DNA of 55,815 bases, from positions 585,256 through 641,070 of the forward strand of contig NW_008246089.1 of assembly GCF_000281045.1 (NCBI RefSeq), given 5' to 3'. Under the pieces are notes generated by a model. That model ran no database searches and was not told the DNA's origin. It saw only the letters and a list, made by a program, of their open reading frames with translations. A program made the position numbers and the translations under genes. This document shows, in pieces, positions 44,169-55,815 of the stretch (the first letter of the stretch is position 1; each line of letters opens with the position of its first letter). Source of the stretch: Saprolegnia diclina VS20. Its lineage: Eukaryota.

Positions 44169-46418
44169 CTACGCGCCGCAGACGCTCGAGAAGCCGAGGT
44201 CGATGCCCTTCTGTACGTCGTGCTTGGCAGTTTGGTAGCCAATGTAGCCCATGCAGAGCGCCGAGAGACCGATCGTGAACGCGAGGATGTACACGAGGAG
44301 CGACGTCCGGTTGTACTTTTTCAGGAGGTACCCGACGCACTAGTTGTACACGAGGACTGTCCACACCGTCACTGACAAAAATCAAAAAATGTACCTTTTG
44401 GCCAAAGAGACCGCCGCCAAAGCCCACGAGAATGTACCAAAACACATAATCTACCACCAAATAGTACGATACAACGACCGATATCAATGCGACAAAGTAC
44501 CGTATTGGAGCTGCCCGGGAAACATGCCCGCGATCGCAAACTGGAGCGTTGTCGCCGACGACGTAAAGAGAATCATAAACGACGCTGTCGACGTTTGCAC
44601 GACCGGAAGGATCCCATTCTCGAGCATGACGGGTCCCTTGACCATGCCACCTACGCAGCGCAGCGCAATGTCTTACCGTAAAATCATATAGAAAGTACCG
44701 CCAATGCCAAGGAGACCGGCGGCAACGCCGGCGAAAAAGCAGTAGAGTGGAAACACCACTTGCGTCGTGCGCTTGGTCCAGTGGACATCGCCGTCCACGA
44801 ACGGCGTGCCACTCACGACGACGAGACGGTTGCGAAGGCGGAGGTTGATCCCCATATGGCTAGGCAGACATTCTCGAAGTACTGCAGACGAGACGTAGTA
44901 GCGTACTAGGTAATGTACACGAGGACGAGGAGCGGCGCAAACGTTAGAACCCAGTACACAGATGAGCCGCAATGGATCCCCACTGTGCATGCCATAAGAA
45001 CCAGAAAACGTAGAGGACGATAGAGGAGCCGTACCGAGGCTGGGCGCGCCGTGGCCGCCGAGGAAGAGCATCTGCACGAGCAGCACGACCCAGCACACGA
45101 GCAGCGGAAGCACGCAGCGCCACGGAAACACGATGCTTTCGATGCGCTCAATGTTGAGCTGCATCTCCTTGAGAAATGCCTTCTTGTCTATGCATCAGCG
45201 ATTCATGAAATAAAAGGTGAGAGCCTTTGGGTGCGTCGTACTGGCAACGGGCAGGTCCAGCAGCGGCAAGCTCTGAAAGTCTTCTTCGTCCTGGGCCAAG
45301 AGTGCGCGGCGCTGCTTGTTGGTGCGGGTGAGGAGCAGCCATTTCTTCGCCGCGACCGCCGCCGTGATGCGCTGACACCCGCATGAGCTTGGCAATTTGG
45401 TAATGAGGACGATGTACCTGGCGCTTCTCGTGGTGCATGAGCGAGAGCGTGTCCTTTGGCGACTGAATCGAGTTGCCCGGCGTCGACGCTTTTGCCAGTT
45501 CAATTTGCTCTTTCGCAAAGAGCTACAGAGCCCATAAGATTATCGTGTCCGACGGTGCGACAGTGTACCTTGTTGCCCTTGAGCGTCGTCTTGTACGAGA
45601 TGTACGAGAGGAGCGTGATGAGCAAGACGAGGATGAGCCACGGGGGGAACGTGCGGTTGGCCATGACGCCGAAAATTGTGCCAATCAGCGTCGGTGGCTC
45701 CATCATACCGGCCAGCGCATAGTCGATGACGGGTCGGTGGGCCTTGTCTATCGCAATATTTGACTTTCAAAATCCACAATCCGACAAATATCGAAGCGTA
45801 CGCGGGTGCTTGCGTGGGTAGTTGACGAGAAACGTCGCGACGGCTGCGCCAAAGATCGTAGCTTTCGAGAGCGGAATCGCGTGCTTCGGGCCAAGGCCCA
45901 CGACTAGGATGTACAGCGGCACGAGGAGCCCGCCGCCGCCGACGCCGCAGCCGGCGCCGAGCGCGGCCGCGAGAAACGCCATAAAGGTCGAGAACGCGTC
46001 GGCGCGCGTGAACGGCGCAAAGAGGTCCTTCTCAATGCAGTACGTGACTGGGTCGAGGCGGAACGCCGCCGAGTCCACATCCGTGGGCACGCGCACATAG
46101 CGCCCGCTCTGCACATGGCAGCGCTTGGAGCTGTCACGCAGCGTCGCGCCGCACTGCGCGTCCGTCTGGCAGTAGGCGCAGAGACTAGTAGAACCCAGTG
46201 AATACCAGCGCCGTCAAGGTGAACAATGTAGGAACGTACTGGTTGATACAGGCGAGGCCAGGCAAGAAGCCGCAGTCGTCGCGTTCACTGCATGAGGTAC
46301 CGTACAAGGCGCTAGCCGACTGCACGGTCGTCGTGTTGGCATGCAGGCGCAAGCTCTGCGCGTGGGCGGTGGCGGCGGCAAGGCCAAGCGCGCAGAGAGA
46401 CGTCCAGCGCAGCAGCAT
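44169..46418 (-). CDS. TauE/SafE (TSUP) sulfite-exporter-family transporter, paralog A, multi-exon
   Basis: GVGGGGLLVP, HAIPLSKATIFG, RPVIDY..MEPPTLIGTIFGV, AGLLGIGG and ILFTSS motifs. Signal peptide plus Cys-rich N-terminus. Confidence 0.88.
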
Positions 46419-46744
46419 GTTCCGGTCCTCGACACAATGCGACGATGACGATGCCAACGAACTTTCCAAGCCCGTACCTGGCTGCTGATGTTCGCAACAC
46501 GAACGTACGATGTACGATGTACGTCGTCCGGATAATAAATCCGGACTGATATATTGCACAAACACGAATATTGGCCCGCAGAGGGTTCGTCGATCATATA
46601 TATTGAGCAAACTCGTATGAAACAAGCGGTGATCGCTGTGATAGCTACTCCCCTTTCTGCGGAGGGCCGGGGACGCTGCGTGGACGCTCCTGGATGCTGG
46701 TCACTTCAACTGCAACGGAGGTATTCGCTGTGTTTCAATTTCAG

Positions 46745-46780
46745 CCAATCCGCGTTGCGTATCAACGGCAGTGAGCCAAT
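46745..46780 (+). promoter_or_regulatory. Two CCAAT boxes in the shared divergent promoter
   Basis: AGCCAATC at 46743-50 and 46774-81, between the head-to-head TauE genes. Confidence 0.4.
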
Positions 46781-46933
46781 CACCGCCGCGGGTCTAGCAT
46801 CTCTCGCGTACTCCGGGGTACACAATCCGTTGTAAAGGAGGTCTCGCGTTCGATCACGGGGCATACGGGGCACGGGACAGGCGCAATCAGTTGGCTCGCA
46901 CACCGAGTGGCATTCCACCTTTTGACGCTGGCG

Positions 46934-49028
46934 ATGCAGCTGGTGCTCATTGCCGCTGCGCTTCTCGGCGCTGCTGCCGCCACGACGTCGCCGAGCTCGC
47001 TCATTGTGCAGCCCGACGAGATGTTGGGTGCAACCTGCGGCTCTATCGCCGACTGCGGCTTCCTCCCGGGCCTCGCCTGCGTCGACTCGTACGACGCACA
47101 CGTCGCCACGTCAAGCCTCATGCTCTCATGATGTAGGTTGTGCCACGTATGCAGCTCCGACCGGGACTGCACTGGCTCGGACAGCGACTTTAGCAAGCGC
47201 TGTGTGGTCGCGTCGACGGGCGCACTTGTCCGCCTCCCGAACGCAACCTTGCAGCCGCTCGCGTACTGCATGGAGAAGAACATGTTTGCCCCGTTTACGC
47301 TCGCCGACCTCATGGCGTCGCTCCTCGCCTTTCTCTGCACGGCGCTCGGGTCCGCGTCCGGCGCTGGCGGCGGCGGCCTCCTCGTGCCCATGTACATCTT
47401 GGCGGTCGGTCTCGGCCCCAAGCATGCGATTCCGCTCTCGAAAGCCACGATTTTTGGCGGCGCCCTCGCCACGTTCTTGTCCAACTTTCGCAAAAAGCAC
47501 CCATGTACGGCGATTGGCTCAATGTGTCGCGTCGAGGTTGATGGTACTATGCGTAGACCATCCGCGCCGCCCGGTCATCGACTATGCGCTGGCAGGCATG
47601 ATGGAGCCGCCGACGCTCATGGGCACGATCTTTGGCGTCATGGCGAACGCGACGTTCCCGTCCTGGCTCATTCTCTCGCTGCTTGTGACGCTCCTCTCGT
47701 TTATGGCCTACCGCACGCTGCAGAAAGTGCAGCACGTACGTTCTGCCACGTCATTTCGACTTGAATGTGAGTTGTGGACTGGTTTTAGGTCGAAGCCCAG
47801 GAAGGCCGCGCACGTGGCGAAACCAAGGTGCTCCTCCCGACATGCGATCAAGCCGATGCCGAGGTACACGTCGCATGCTGTTCTATTAATTGCTAAGACT
47901 ATTAGCACCAAGCACGCACGCGCCAAGAAGACGAAGACGACTTTGCTTCATTGCCACCACTCGAGTTTCCGCCGCATGCTGGTATACACTGTTGTACACA
48001 AGAATCGGTGACTAAAGAGGAGATGCGTAGACAAGCAAGCGTCCTTGGATGCGATTCGCGACCAGCTCTACGACGACGAACGCTCGGTCTTTCCGCTTAC
48101 CTATGTCCTTCCGCTCGTCGCCTGCTGGGTAACCCCGAAGGCTGGATTGATATCGTAAATCATTTTGTCGTAACCACTAGCTCATTATCTTTGTCCAATC
48201 GCTGTTTCGCGGCGGCCATGGCACGCCCAGTATCGGTAATCCGTCGCGATTGTATCTCGGGCTCTAAAGCTGTAACTCTCCTAGTCGGTGTGCCGTGTGG
48301 CTCGTCCATCTACTGGGCCCTCACCTTTGTGCCGCTCCTCTTGCTCGTTCTCATCACGTGGTATGTCGTGCATTTCTAGTGTTACAAGATTGCATCTGAT
48401 GTAGGCTCATGGGCCACCGGCTTCGCACGCGCAACCGCCTCATGGTTGTGAGCGGCATCGAGTTTGCCCAAGGCGACGTGCACTGGACGTACAAGAAGGC
48501 GCAGCTCGTGTTTCCGTCCTACTGCTTTGTCGCGGGTATTGCGTCCGGTCTCCTCGGCATTGGCGGCGGCATGGTCCAGAGCCCCATCATGCTCGAGTAC
48601 GGCCTCTTGCCCGTCGTCTCGTCCGCGTCCGCGTCCTACATGATTCTCTTCACGTCGTCCGCGACCACGCTGCAGTTTGCGGTCGCAGGGCAGTTTCCTG
48701 GACAGCGCCAATACGGTACATACGTGTGGTCTCTGGATCGTGATGCTCATCAGGTCTGTAGACTACATTTTGTGGTTTTCGCTCATGGGCTTTCTCGGCG
48801 GCATTTTTGGCCAAAAGGTATTTTGGAGCATATACACTGCGACTAACATGGCGATAGTGCGTCGGATACCTTTTGAAAAAGTACAACCGGACGTCGATCC
48901 TCGTGTACATCCTCGCGTTTGTCATTGGCGCGTCGGCCATTGCGATGGGCGTTGCCGGTTTTCAGAACGTTGTGCGCGACTTCTCCAAGGGCGTGCACCT
49001 CGGCTTCTCGGGCCTCTGTGCCGTCTAA
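46934..49028 (+). CDS. TauE/SafE (TSUP) family transporter, paralog B, multi-exon
   Basis: GAGGGGLLVP, HAIPLSKATIFG, MEPPTLMGTIFGV, SGLLGIGGGMVQSPIMLE and MILFTSS motifs. Colinear with paralog A. Confidence 0.88.
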
Positions 49029-49413
49029 GCACTTCACTGTAATGGTGTTGTCCCATTTATACTGTGCCCGAGTCCTATGGTCCTAGGCTTGACAAAAGAC
49101 TGCATCATTTCGAATAAGACTTATATAACCCTGACCAAAGACCCCTGACACTGGTCCTGTAGTCCTGGGAACGATGTGTTGGTATTCCTCAGTTCGATAT
49201 CGTCAGTGTTGATGCAACGGCATTGGTTGTCATTGTTGCGATGGCCATGCCGGCCTCTCCGCGTGCCACGTCAGCTTCTCGTCTTCGAAGCAGATGCCTG
49301 ACCTGGCAAATACCTCTCATATGTGATATAGTGATGACGATCTGGGTTGCTTGGACCTGCTGCAATCGATATTCTTGCACAATGGCACTGCGTGTTGACG
49401 CGTAAGCTTGGCC

Positions 49414-52047
49414 ATGATGACGATGCTGGCTTGCTGGCGCCGGCTACGGATGCCCCAGTGGCTCGGCGGACCCACGCCCCGCACGGCACTGCGTCTGGTC
49501 CTCTTCGTGCTCGCGTCCGCCGTCTACTGGCTCTTTCTCATCTCGGCAGCCATCGTGCTTGGGCTTCGCGTGGCCTATATCTATGCGACGCATCTCAAGC
49601 TCCGCTGCCACGACCCCGCGCTGTCGGCCCGCACGCTCGCCCAGGCCACGCTTGTCATGCTACACAAATTCGACACGGTCGTGCTTGGTATCTACGACCC
49701 CTCCGTGCCAAACGGCCTCGTGTGTCCGTCCTCGGCCGACGACATTGTTGAGATGACGCCGTTCGCCGCGTACATTGCGCTCTGGAAGGGCATCGTGGGT
49801 CTTCTCTGCTTCCAGCTGCCGCTTTCGCTCTGGCTCATCGCCATCAAGTGCGTCAAGCGCTTCTTTGACCGCGACTACTACGCGTTCGAGTTCTACCCCG
49901 AGTGCTCGTTGGAGACGCGGCCGTTCGTCCTCCTCCATGCGTGCGCGTACGTTGGCTTTGGCCTTCTCGTCGGGCACGCGCTCTCGAGCCTCCTTCTGCA
50001 AAGCGCCTTGCACTGGAACCGAGTCATCTATCCGACGCCGTCGTACACGCCCGTTGACGAAAAGGCGTCGCTCTTGTCCACGACGACGTCGGTCGCCAGC
50101 GAGCGTCCTCCGCCATACGAGATGCCAGCAAGAACGCGTAGCGAGGACGATGCGAGTCGCCTTGATGGCTACTTGGAGCTCTGGCAAGCCGTGCTCGAGA
50201 GCATCCGGGTTTTCGAAGCTGGCCACGCCACGCTTCTAGCGTGCCTGGAGGACACGACGCGGCTCGCATGCAGCACCCTCCGCGCGTCGCCAGCGCAGTG
50301 GGCAAGGTTTCATGGCTTGGCCCAGCGACAAGCGCGCCTGCAACCGACGCCGCCGCCGGTGGCCATCGAAGAAGCGCTCGAGGACGACGACTCGGTCGTC
50401 GACACCTCCCCAATTGCATTGGAAAAGCCGACCCCCGTGCTATTCACGCGCGCCATGCACACCGGGAGTGACCGCGACTATGATGTATTTTACACCGACA
50501 CCGACGCTGAGAGCACGGCAACCACGAGCGTCTACCGGGACATTCCGGATCCCACTGGTTGGGTCTCACCCACTGCGTACACTGCCACACGAGTCCTGAC
50601 ATACGACGAGCCCGAGCGAAGAGACTCCGTCATTGTCTCTCGGGGGCTCGTCTCCCGCAGCGTCCACCAAGCGCTACAGACGACGACACTGACCGACCGC
50701 GTGCACTTTGCAGCGTATGCGCCGGCTTGCGTGTCGCCCGCGTCGACGTTTTCGCATGCGATTTACGCCTTCCTCGTGCACCAGCGCGACGAGATGCGCG
50801 AGGAAGCGATGGCGGACGGCGTCGCCAAGCAGCTCTCGCGGGACCTCTTGCTGCATGTGCGGCGCGGCGCGTTCGTGACCATCTCGCTGCAACTGCCAGA
50901 CGGGTTCCGACATGCCGGTGAGGCGTCGCAGCTGCTGTCGTGGACAGGCGACGTGACGCACGTGGCGTTCGAGGTCGAGTGTTGTGCTGTCTGCGCCGAG
51001 GGCCAAGTGCTTTTTGAAGCGACGATCGTCGTGGGCACGTCCGTGCTCGTGCTGCGCTCGTACCTCTTTGTGTCCTCGTCCCTGCGCCAGGATGCGCACG
51101 TGCAAGAGCTCGTGAGCGAACTGGAGGTCGTGCCCGAGACCTTTCACGAGATCGCGTACAGCGACCTGGCGCTCAAAGAGGCGGTCGGCCGCGGCCACTT
51201 TGGCGACGCCCACCGCGCCACGTACCTCGGCCAAGACGTTTGTTGTTCTCCACGTCGCCTTGGAGCTGAAGGATGTGTAGGTGGTCGTCAAGACGCTTCG
51301 GCCAAACGAGTTTGGTGACAATGCCGACCAGATTGTGGCAGCGTTCCGGCACGAGGCCGCGGTACTCTCGCTCTTTGGGCGGCATCCCAACATTGTGCCG
51401 TTCGTGGGCGCGTGCACGGACCTCTCGCAGCCACTGAGTCTCGTGACCGAGTACCTTCCGTTCGGGAGCCTCGAAGACCAGTTTGGCGCGCGCCGCCCGC
51501 CGCTCTCGACTGATCAAAAGACGCGCATCTTGTGTGACGCCGCGTCCGGCTTTCTCAACATTCACGAAGGCGGCTTCATCCACCGCGACATTGCGGCGCG
51601 GTACGCATGCATAGATGCCAACGCGGCGCTGATTCTGTTTGTAGCAACTGTTTGGTCGACGACCAGTTGCGGGCGCGGGTGTGCGACTTTGGTTTGTGCC
51701 GACGCGTGCACTCGTACGGCGGCGGCCACTTTGCCGAAGGCGCAATGCCGCTCAAGTACCTCGCGCCCGAGTCGCTCACGCCGCCCCACTCGTTTTCGTA
51801 CCGGTCCGACTCGTACTCGTTTGGCGTCCTCATCTGGGAGACGTTCACCGAGTCCAAGCCGTTTCCGACACTGACGAGCGCAGAGGCCGCTGCTTATGTT
51901 CTCGAGGGCCACCGTTTAGAGCTTGGCGAGAGTATTCCAACACGGTACCAGTCGCTCATTGCGCGCTGCCTCCAAGACGATCCGGCCAAGCGACCGTCCA
52001 TGGCCACCATCGTGCAAGAGCTCACTTCCGCGATGGCTCGGAAATGA
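49414..52047 (+). CDS. Membrane-anchored tyrosine-kinase-like protein kinase, paralog 2; introns 51238-51280 and 51601-51644
   Basis: GRGHFG, VVVK, HRDIAARNCL, DFG and MPLKYLAPES motifs. Same intron positions and architecture as paralog 1. Confidence 0.9.
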
Positions 52048-52985
52048 TTCTTCGCCGCTTGTAAATTATTCAATCATTGCAAAATGTGTCGTCGTTGCAG
52101 TGCTGTCGTTGCGATGATTCGTGAAATTGGCATGTGATTGATTGACAGTGCGACAGCAGTCTATGTTTAATAATAAGTTAAAAAGCGCTTTTTTATGTGG
52201 TGTTAACGATTCCGCACGTTGCACGACTGCAACGGCGACACGGCGTGGGCTGCTCTGCTCTCCAAAGTGGCTTCTATCAATGTGCCAAATATGAGCGATT
52301 CCATTTCAAACTCGATTTCGTCGACCGAATGGCACCCGCGTCCTGGTGCAGTGCCTACAAAGTGGCACTAGGATCTTATTTATGGCGTTTTGCCACAAAT
52401 AGATCTAAGACCGCACTACCAGCATGTGCCTCCAACGTCGACGCTACTGTCTCTGATTGTACAACGTTTGTTTGCAGCCCGTGCGATGGCGGCAAGTAGC
52501 ATTTGGGTTGGGTTCTCGGTCGACGGAGCGACGTCTCCATCACTGTGATGCAATACTTTGTGGCTCGGAAATGACGTGCGCGTCTTGGCACAAAAGTCTT
52601 GTAAATTGTTCCGATAGTAAAACCTGCAAACAGCTTAGGTCGTACGAAGGTATGACGCTAGGACTCGATTGGCTTGAGAATCGAGCCCTCGGAGTGGAGC
52701 CCGAGACAAGGCGAACGCAGTAGATGACCAGTATGTTGTTGTGTTCGTAGTAAATAATAGGTCATCCATCGCATCCGCTATTGGTTATGCGCTCTTCGTT
52801 GACTTCGTTTGAACGGGCCTGTTTTACATGTGCCGGTCGGTAGTCCCTCAACCATAAGTATAGAACGCCGATGCAGGGCTCACAACGACTGTGACAGATA
52901 GTGAGTGTTTTCGCGGCTTGTGAAGTCCCGCAGGATTTCTGCTTTGACAAATTCGGTGCAACATTGAAATATTGTACTATATAGG

Positions 52986-53621
52986 CTATTGCACAACGCA
53001 GTTACCCATCTCTGTGTGGCCAAAATCCGGCGTCATGCGAAGACGCGTCTCCACACGGTGCTCGTCCTGTGGGCGATTTGCTTTGAGGAAGGTTAGGACG
53101 GCCGGGTGCTTCTTTGCCTTCTTGAACGCAACGCGCGAGCAGCCTTCGCTGCGATGCACGTGCAGGAACTGAACAATCTCAAGGTCGCCGTTGGCCGCCG
53201 CCGCGTCCATCGCGAGCTGCGAGCAAATGCCAATGGCCGGTCTTGCGTGGAGCCGCTTCACGAGCGGCAAGTTGCGCGCGCGGACCGCATTGTCGATCGT
53301 GTTGCGGGTCAGGATCGAGATGCTTTTTGGAATTTGGATATCGTCGTCGTCTGGGAAGGTGTCGAGAAAGGTGTGCGCGAGGTCGCAGTAATTGTCCTCG
53401 AGAAGGCGGCAGAGGAGGTACCCGCGCATGCGCAGTGGATCTTGCATTTGCTTGAGCGCGGGGTGGGCTTGGTATTGCATTTGGTCGAGCTTGGCGTAGT
53501 AGAGCTGGAACATGTGCTGGAGTGAGCACGGCACGCCGTATTGGTATGCGAGTATGAGCTCACGCAAATCGGGCTGCGTCAGGACGTCTCGGGCAGGAGA
53601 TGTTTGCTGCGGCGTGCTCAT
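52986..53621 (-). CDS. Small ankyrin-repeat protein with C-terminal CaaX (CVVQ), 211 aa
   Basis: AMDAAAANGDLEIVQFLH..RSEGCS oomycete-type ankyrin repeat and N-terminal VLTQPDLRELILAYQYG. Confidence 0.85.
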   Translation of the reverse strand: MSTPQQTSPARDVLTQPDLRELILAYQYGVPCSLQHMFQLYYAKLDQMQYQAHPALKQMQDPLRMRGYLLCRLLEDNYCDLAHTFLDTFPDDDDIQIPKSISILTRNTIDNAVRARNLPLVKRLHARPAIGICSQLAMDAAAANGDLEIVQFLHVHRSEGCSRVAFKKAKKHPAVLTFLKANRPQDEHRVETRLRMTPDFGHTEMGNCVVQ

Positions 53622-53838
53622 TTGAGTGCTTCAAGTCTCTTTTACAAATACCAACCCACCTACCGGTAGTTCTGACCATTTGTTTTGTTATTTTGCATCA
53701 TGGACAGTCATGTCGCACTGTCCAACAGCTCGTCCAACGTTTGCAACACGCCCACAATCTTGTCTTCTTTGCCCTCGGTGTTTTCTTTGTGGCACAGTGC
53801 ACGCCACCTGCACCGGACCAGCCAAATGCGCCCCAATA

Positions 53839-54258
53839 CAGTGCACGCCACCTGTACCCTACCAGGTAAATGGGGTCCAAAACTTTTGTATCCCAGCTGT
53901 GAAAACATAATTTTTTAGGAAAAGGACGTTATAGATCGACTGTTCAATCCAAGGGGAAGCGATGTATAAGATCGGATTGCAATAAATCGAAAAACTGAGC
54001 AAGTTATCGGCGTTCAAAATTGGGGCTCTACAACACTACGAGGTATGGCGCGGGAGCCAAATTGCTACGAAACAGGACCATCGCTCCATTGTTTTTCATG
54101 ACTTTTACTATTTTATTAATTTTATTACACCATTTTATCTATTTTATTAAAATTACTATCCGGCTTATGCTAGTTTTAGTATGTGAAGGATCCGGATAAG
54201 GCCCAAGCCGAAATTGTTACAAAAAGGCGATTTGGTAGGCTACAGATGGCGTGCACTG
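53839..54258. mobile_element. Tc1/mariner-type MITE, 420 bp
   Basis: About 26-bp TIRs CAGTGCACGCCAyCTGTAsCCTACCA. TA duplication at 53837-38 and 54259-60. AT-rich non-coding interior. Confidence 0.85.
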
Positions 54259-55198
54259 TAGGGCCCCGAAACTTTTCTCATCCAGCTATAAATAGACCAT
54301 TTGCTAGGAAATGAACATTATAAATCGACTGTTCATAACCAATAGCGGAGGCGATGGATGACCTATTTATTACCTTACTACGAACACAACAACATACTGG
54401 TCATCTACTGCGTTCGCCTTGTCTCGGGCTCCACTCCGAGGGCTCGATTCTCAAGCCAATCGAGTCCTAGCGTCATACCTTCGTACGACCTAAGGTTTGC
54501 AGGTTTTACTACCGGAACAATTTACAAGACTTTTGTGCCAAGAGGCATTTCCGAGCCACGAAAGTGTTGCATCACAGCGATGGAGACGTCGCTCCGTCTC
54601 GACCGAGAACCCAACCCAAATGCTACTTGCCGCCATCGCTCGAGCTGCAAACAAACGTTGTACAATCAGAGACAATAGCGTCGACGTTGGAGGCGCGCTG
54701 GTATTGTGGTCTAAGATCTATTTGTGGCAAAACGCCATAAATAAGATCGTAGTGCCACTTTGTAGGCGCTGCACCAGGACGCGGGTGCCATTCGGTCGAC
54801 AAAATCGAGTTTGAAACGGAATCGCTCATAGTTGGCACATTGATAAAAGCCACTTTGAAGAGCAGAGCAGCCCATGCCGTGTCGCCGTTGCAGTCGTGCA
54901 ACATGCGGAATCGTTAACACCACATAAAAAGCGCTTTTTAACTTTTTATTAAACGTAGACTGCTGTCGCACTGTCAATCAATCACATGCCAATTTCACGA
55001 ATCTCGCAACGACAGCACTGCAACGACGACACATTTTGCAATGATTGAATAATTTACAAGCGGCGAAGAATCATTTCCGAGCCATCGCGGAAGTGAGCNN
55101 NNNNNNNNNNNNNNNNNNNNNNNNNNNNNNNNNNNNNNNNNNNNNNNNNNNNNNNNNNNNNNNNNNNNNNNNNNNNNNNNNNNNNNNNNNNNNNNNNN

Positions 55199-55420
55199 TT
55201 CTTTGTGGCACAGTGCACGCCACCTGCACCGTACCAGCTGAATGCGCCCCAACATGGCCCCAAAACTTTTCTCATCCAGCTATGAATAGACCATTTGGAA
55301 ATGAACATTATAAATCGACTGTTCAGGCCAAGGGGAAGCGATCTATCCAAACGGATTGCATTAAATCGAAAAAATGGGCGAGTTATTGTCATTCAAAGTT
55401 GGGGTTCTCTAAAAATACGA
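55199..55420 (+). mobile_element. Truncated related MITE copy showing the empty site for the 53839-54258 insertion
   Basis: Matches 53783-53838 joined directly to 54261-54334. It is also homologous to the interior of the intact MITE. Confidence 0.75.
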
Positions 55421-55815
55421 GCGGTCTAAGTTCTATTTGTGGCAAAACGCCATAAATAAGATCCTAGTGCCACTTTGTAGGCACTGCACCAGGACGCGGG
55501 TGCCATTCGGTCGACGAAATCGAGTTTGAAATGGAATCGCTCATATTCGGCACAGAGATAGAAGCCACTTTGGAGAGCAGAGCAGCCCACGCCGTGTCGC
55601 CGTTGCAGTCGTGCAACGTGCGGAATCGTTAACACCACATAAAAAAGCGCTTTTTAACTTATTATTAAACATAGACTGCTGTCGCACTGTCAATCAATCA
55701 CATGCCAATTTCACGAATCATCGCAACGACAGCACTGCAACGACGACACATTTTGCAATGATTGAATAATTTACAAGCGGCGAAGAATCATTTCCGAGCC
55801 ATCGCGGAAGTGAGC
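55421..55815 (-). repeat. Third, near-identical inverted copy of 52020-52414
   Basis: Reverse complement matches the kinase-2 3' end and downstream flank. It ends at the same base as the 55098 copy. Confidence 0.9.

Larger units (their letters stand above)
52020..55098. repeat. ~770-bp inverted repeat (52020-52789 vs 54334-55098) enclosing the ankyrin gene
   Basis: Reverse-complement alignment with scattered substitutions. The right arm is cut by the N gap at 55099-55198. Confidence 0.92.

Noticed and set aside
52197..52723. Small ORFs repeated in the inverted duplications
   Set aside because: Non-ATG starts, no coding bias, and frames not preserved between copies.
1..55815. rRNA, tRNA or a biosynthetic gene cluster
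   Set aside because: No RNA-gene signatures seen by eye. The metabolic genes (thrB, WS/DGAT, GH18, TauE) form no coherent pathway.

Overview
Gene-dense eukaryotic scaffold, inferred to be a Saprolegniales oomycete (Saprolegnia/Achlya-like) from GC-rich coding sequence, ~40-55 nt GT-AG introns and characteristic families. About 20 protein-coding genes: SLC25 carrier, ABCC transporter, Dbp3 helicase, a ~1800-aa internally duplicated multi-TM protein, a pseudokinase, TOP1, two paralogous membrane-anchored tyrosine-kinase-like kinases, homoserine kinase, WS/DGAT, a FAM194/C3orf20-like protein, a giant-virus-like GT-A protein, a START-FYVE-FIST fusion next to a membrane class I phosphodiesterase, a GH18 chitinase, ELP2, two head-to-head TauE transporters and a CaaX ankyrin protein. 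Both ends are rearranged. The left end has an out-of-frame ABCC/TM-protein chimera, a tandem duplication and a hAT remnant. The right end has inverted duplications and nested Tc1/mariner-type MITEs. A PIF/Harbinger-type MITE lies at 16.9 kb. The best leads are signalling proteins with apparently bacterial- or viral-type modules. All family calls come from motif recognition by eye with no database search, and exon boundaries were inferred manually.
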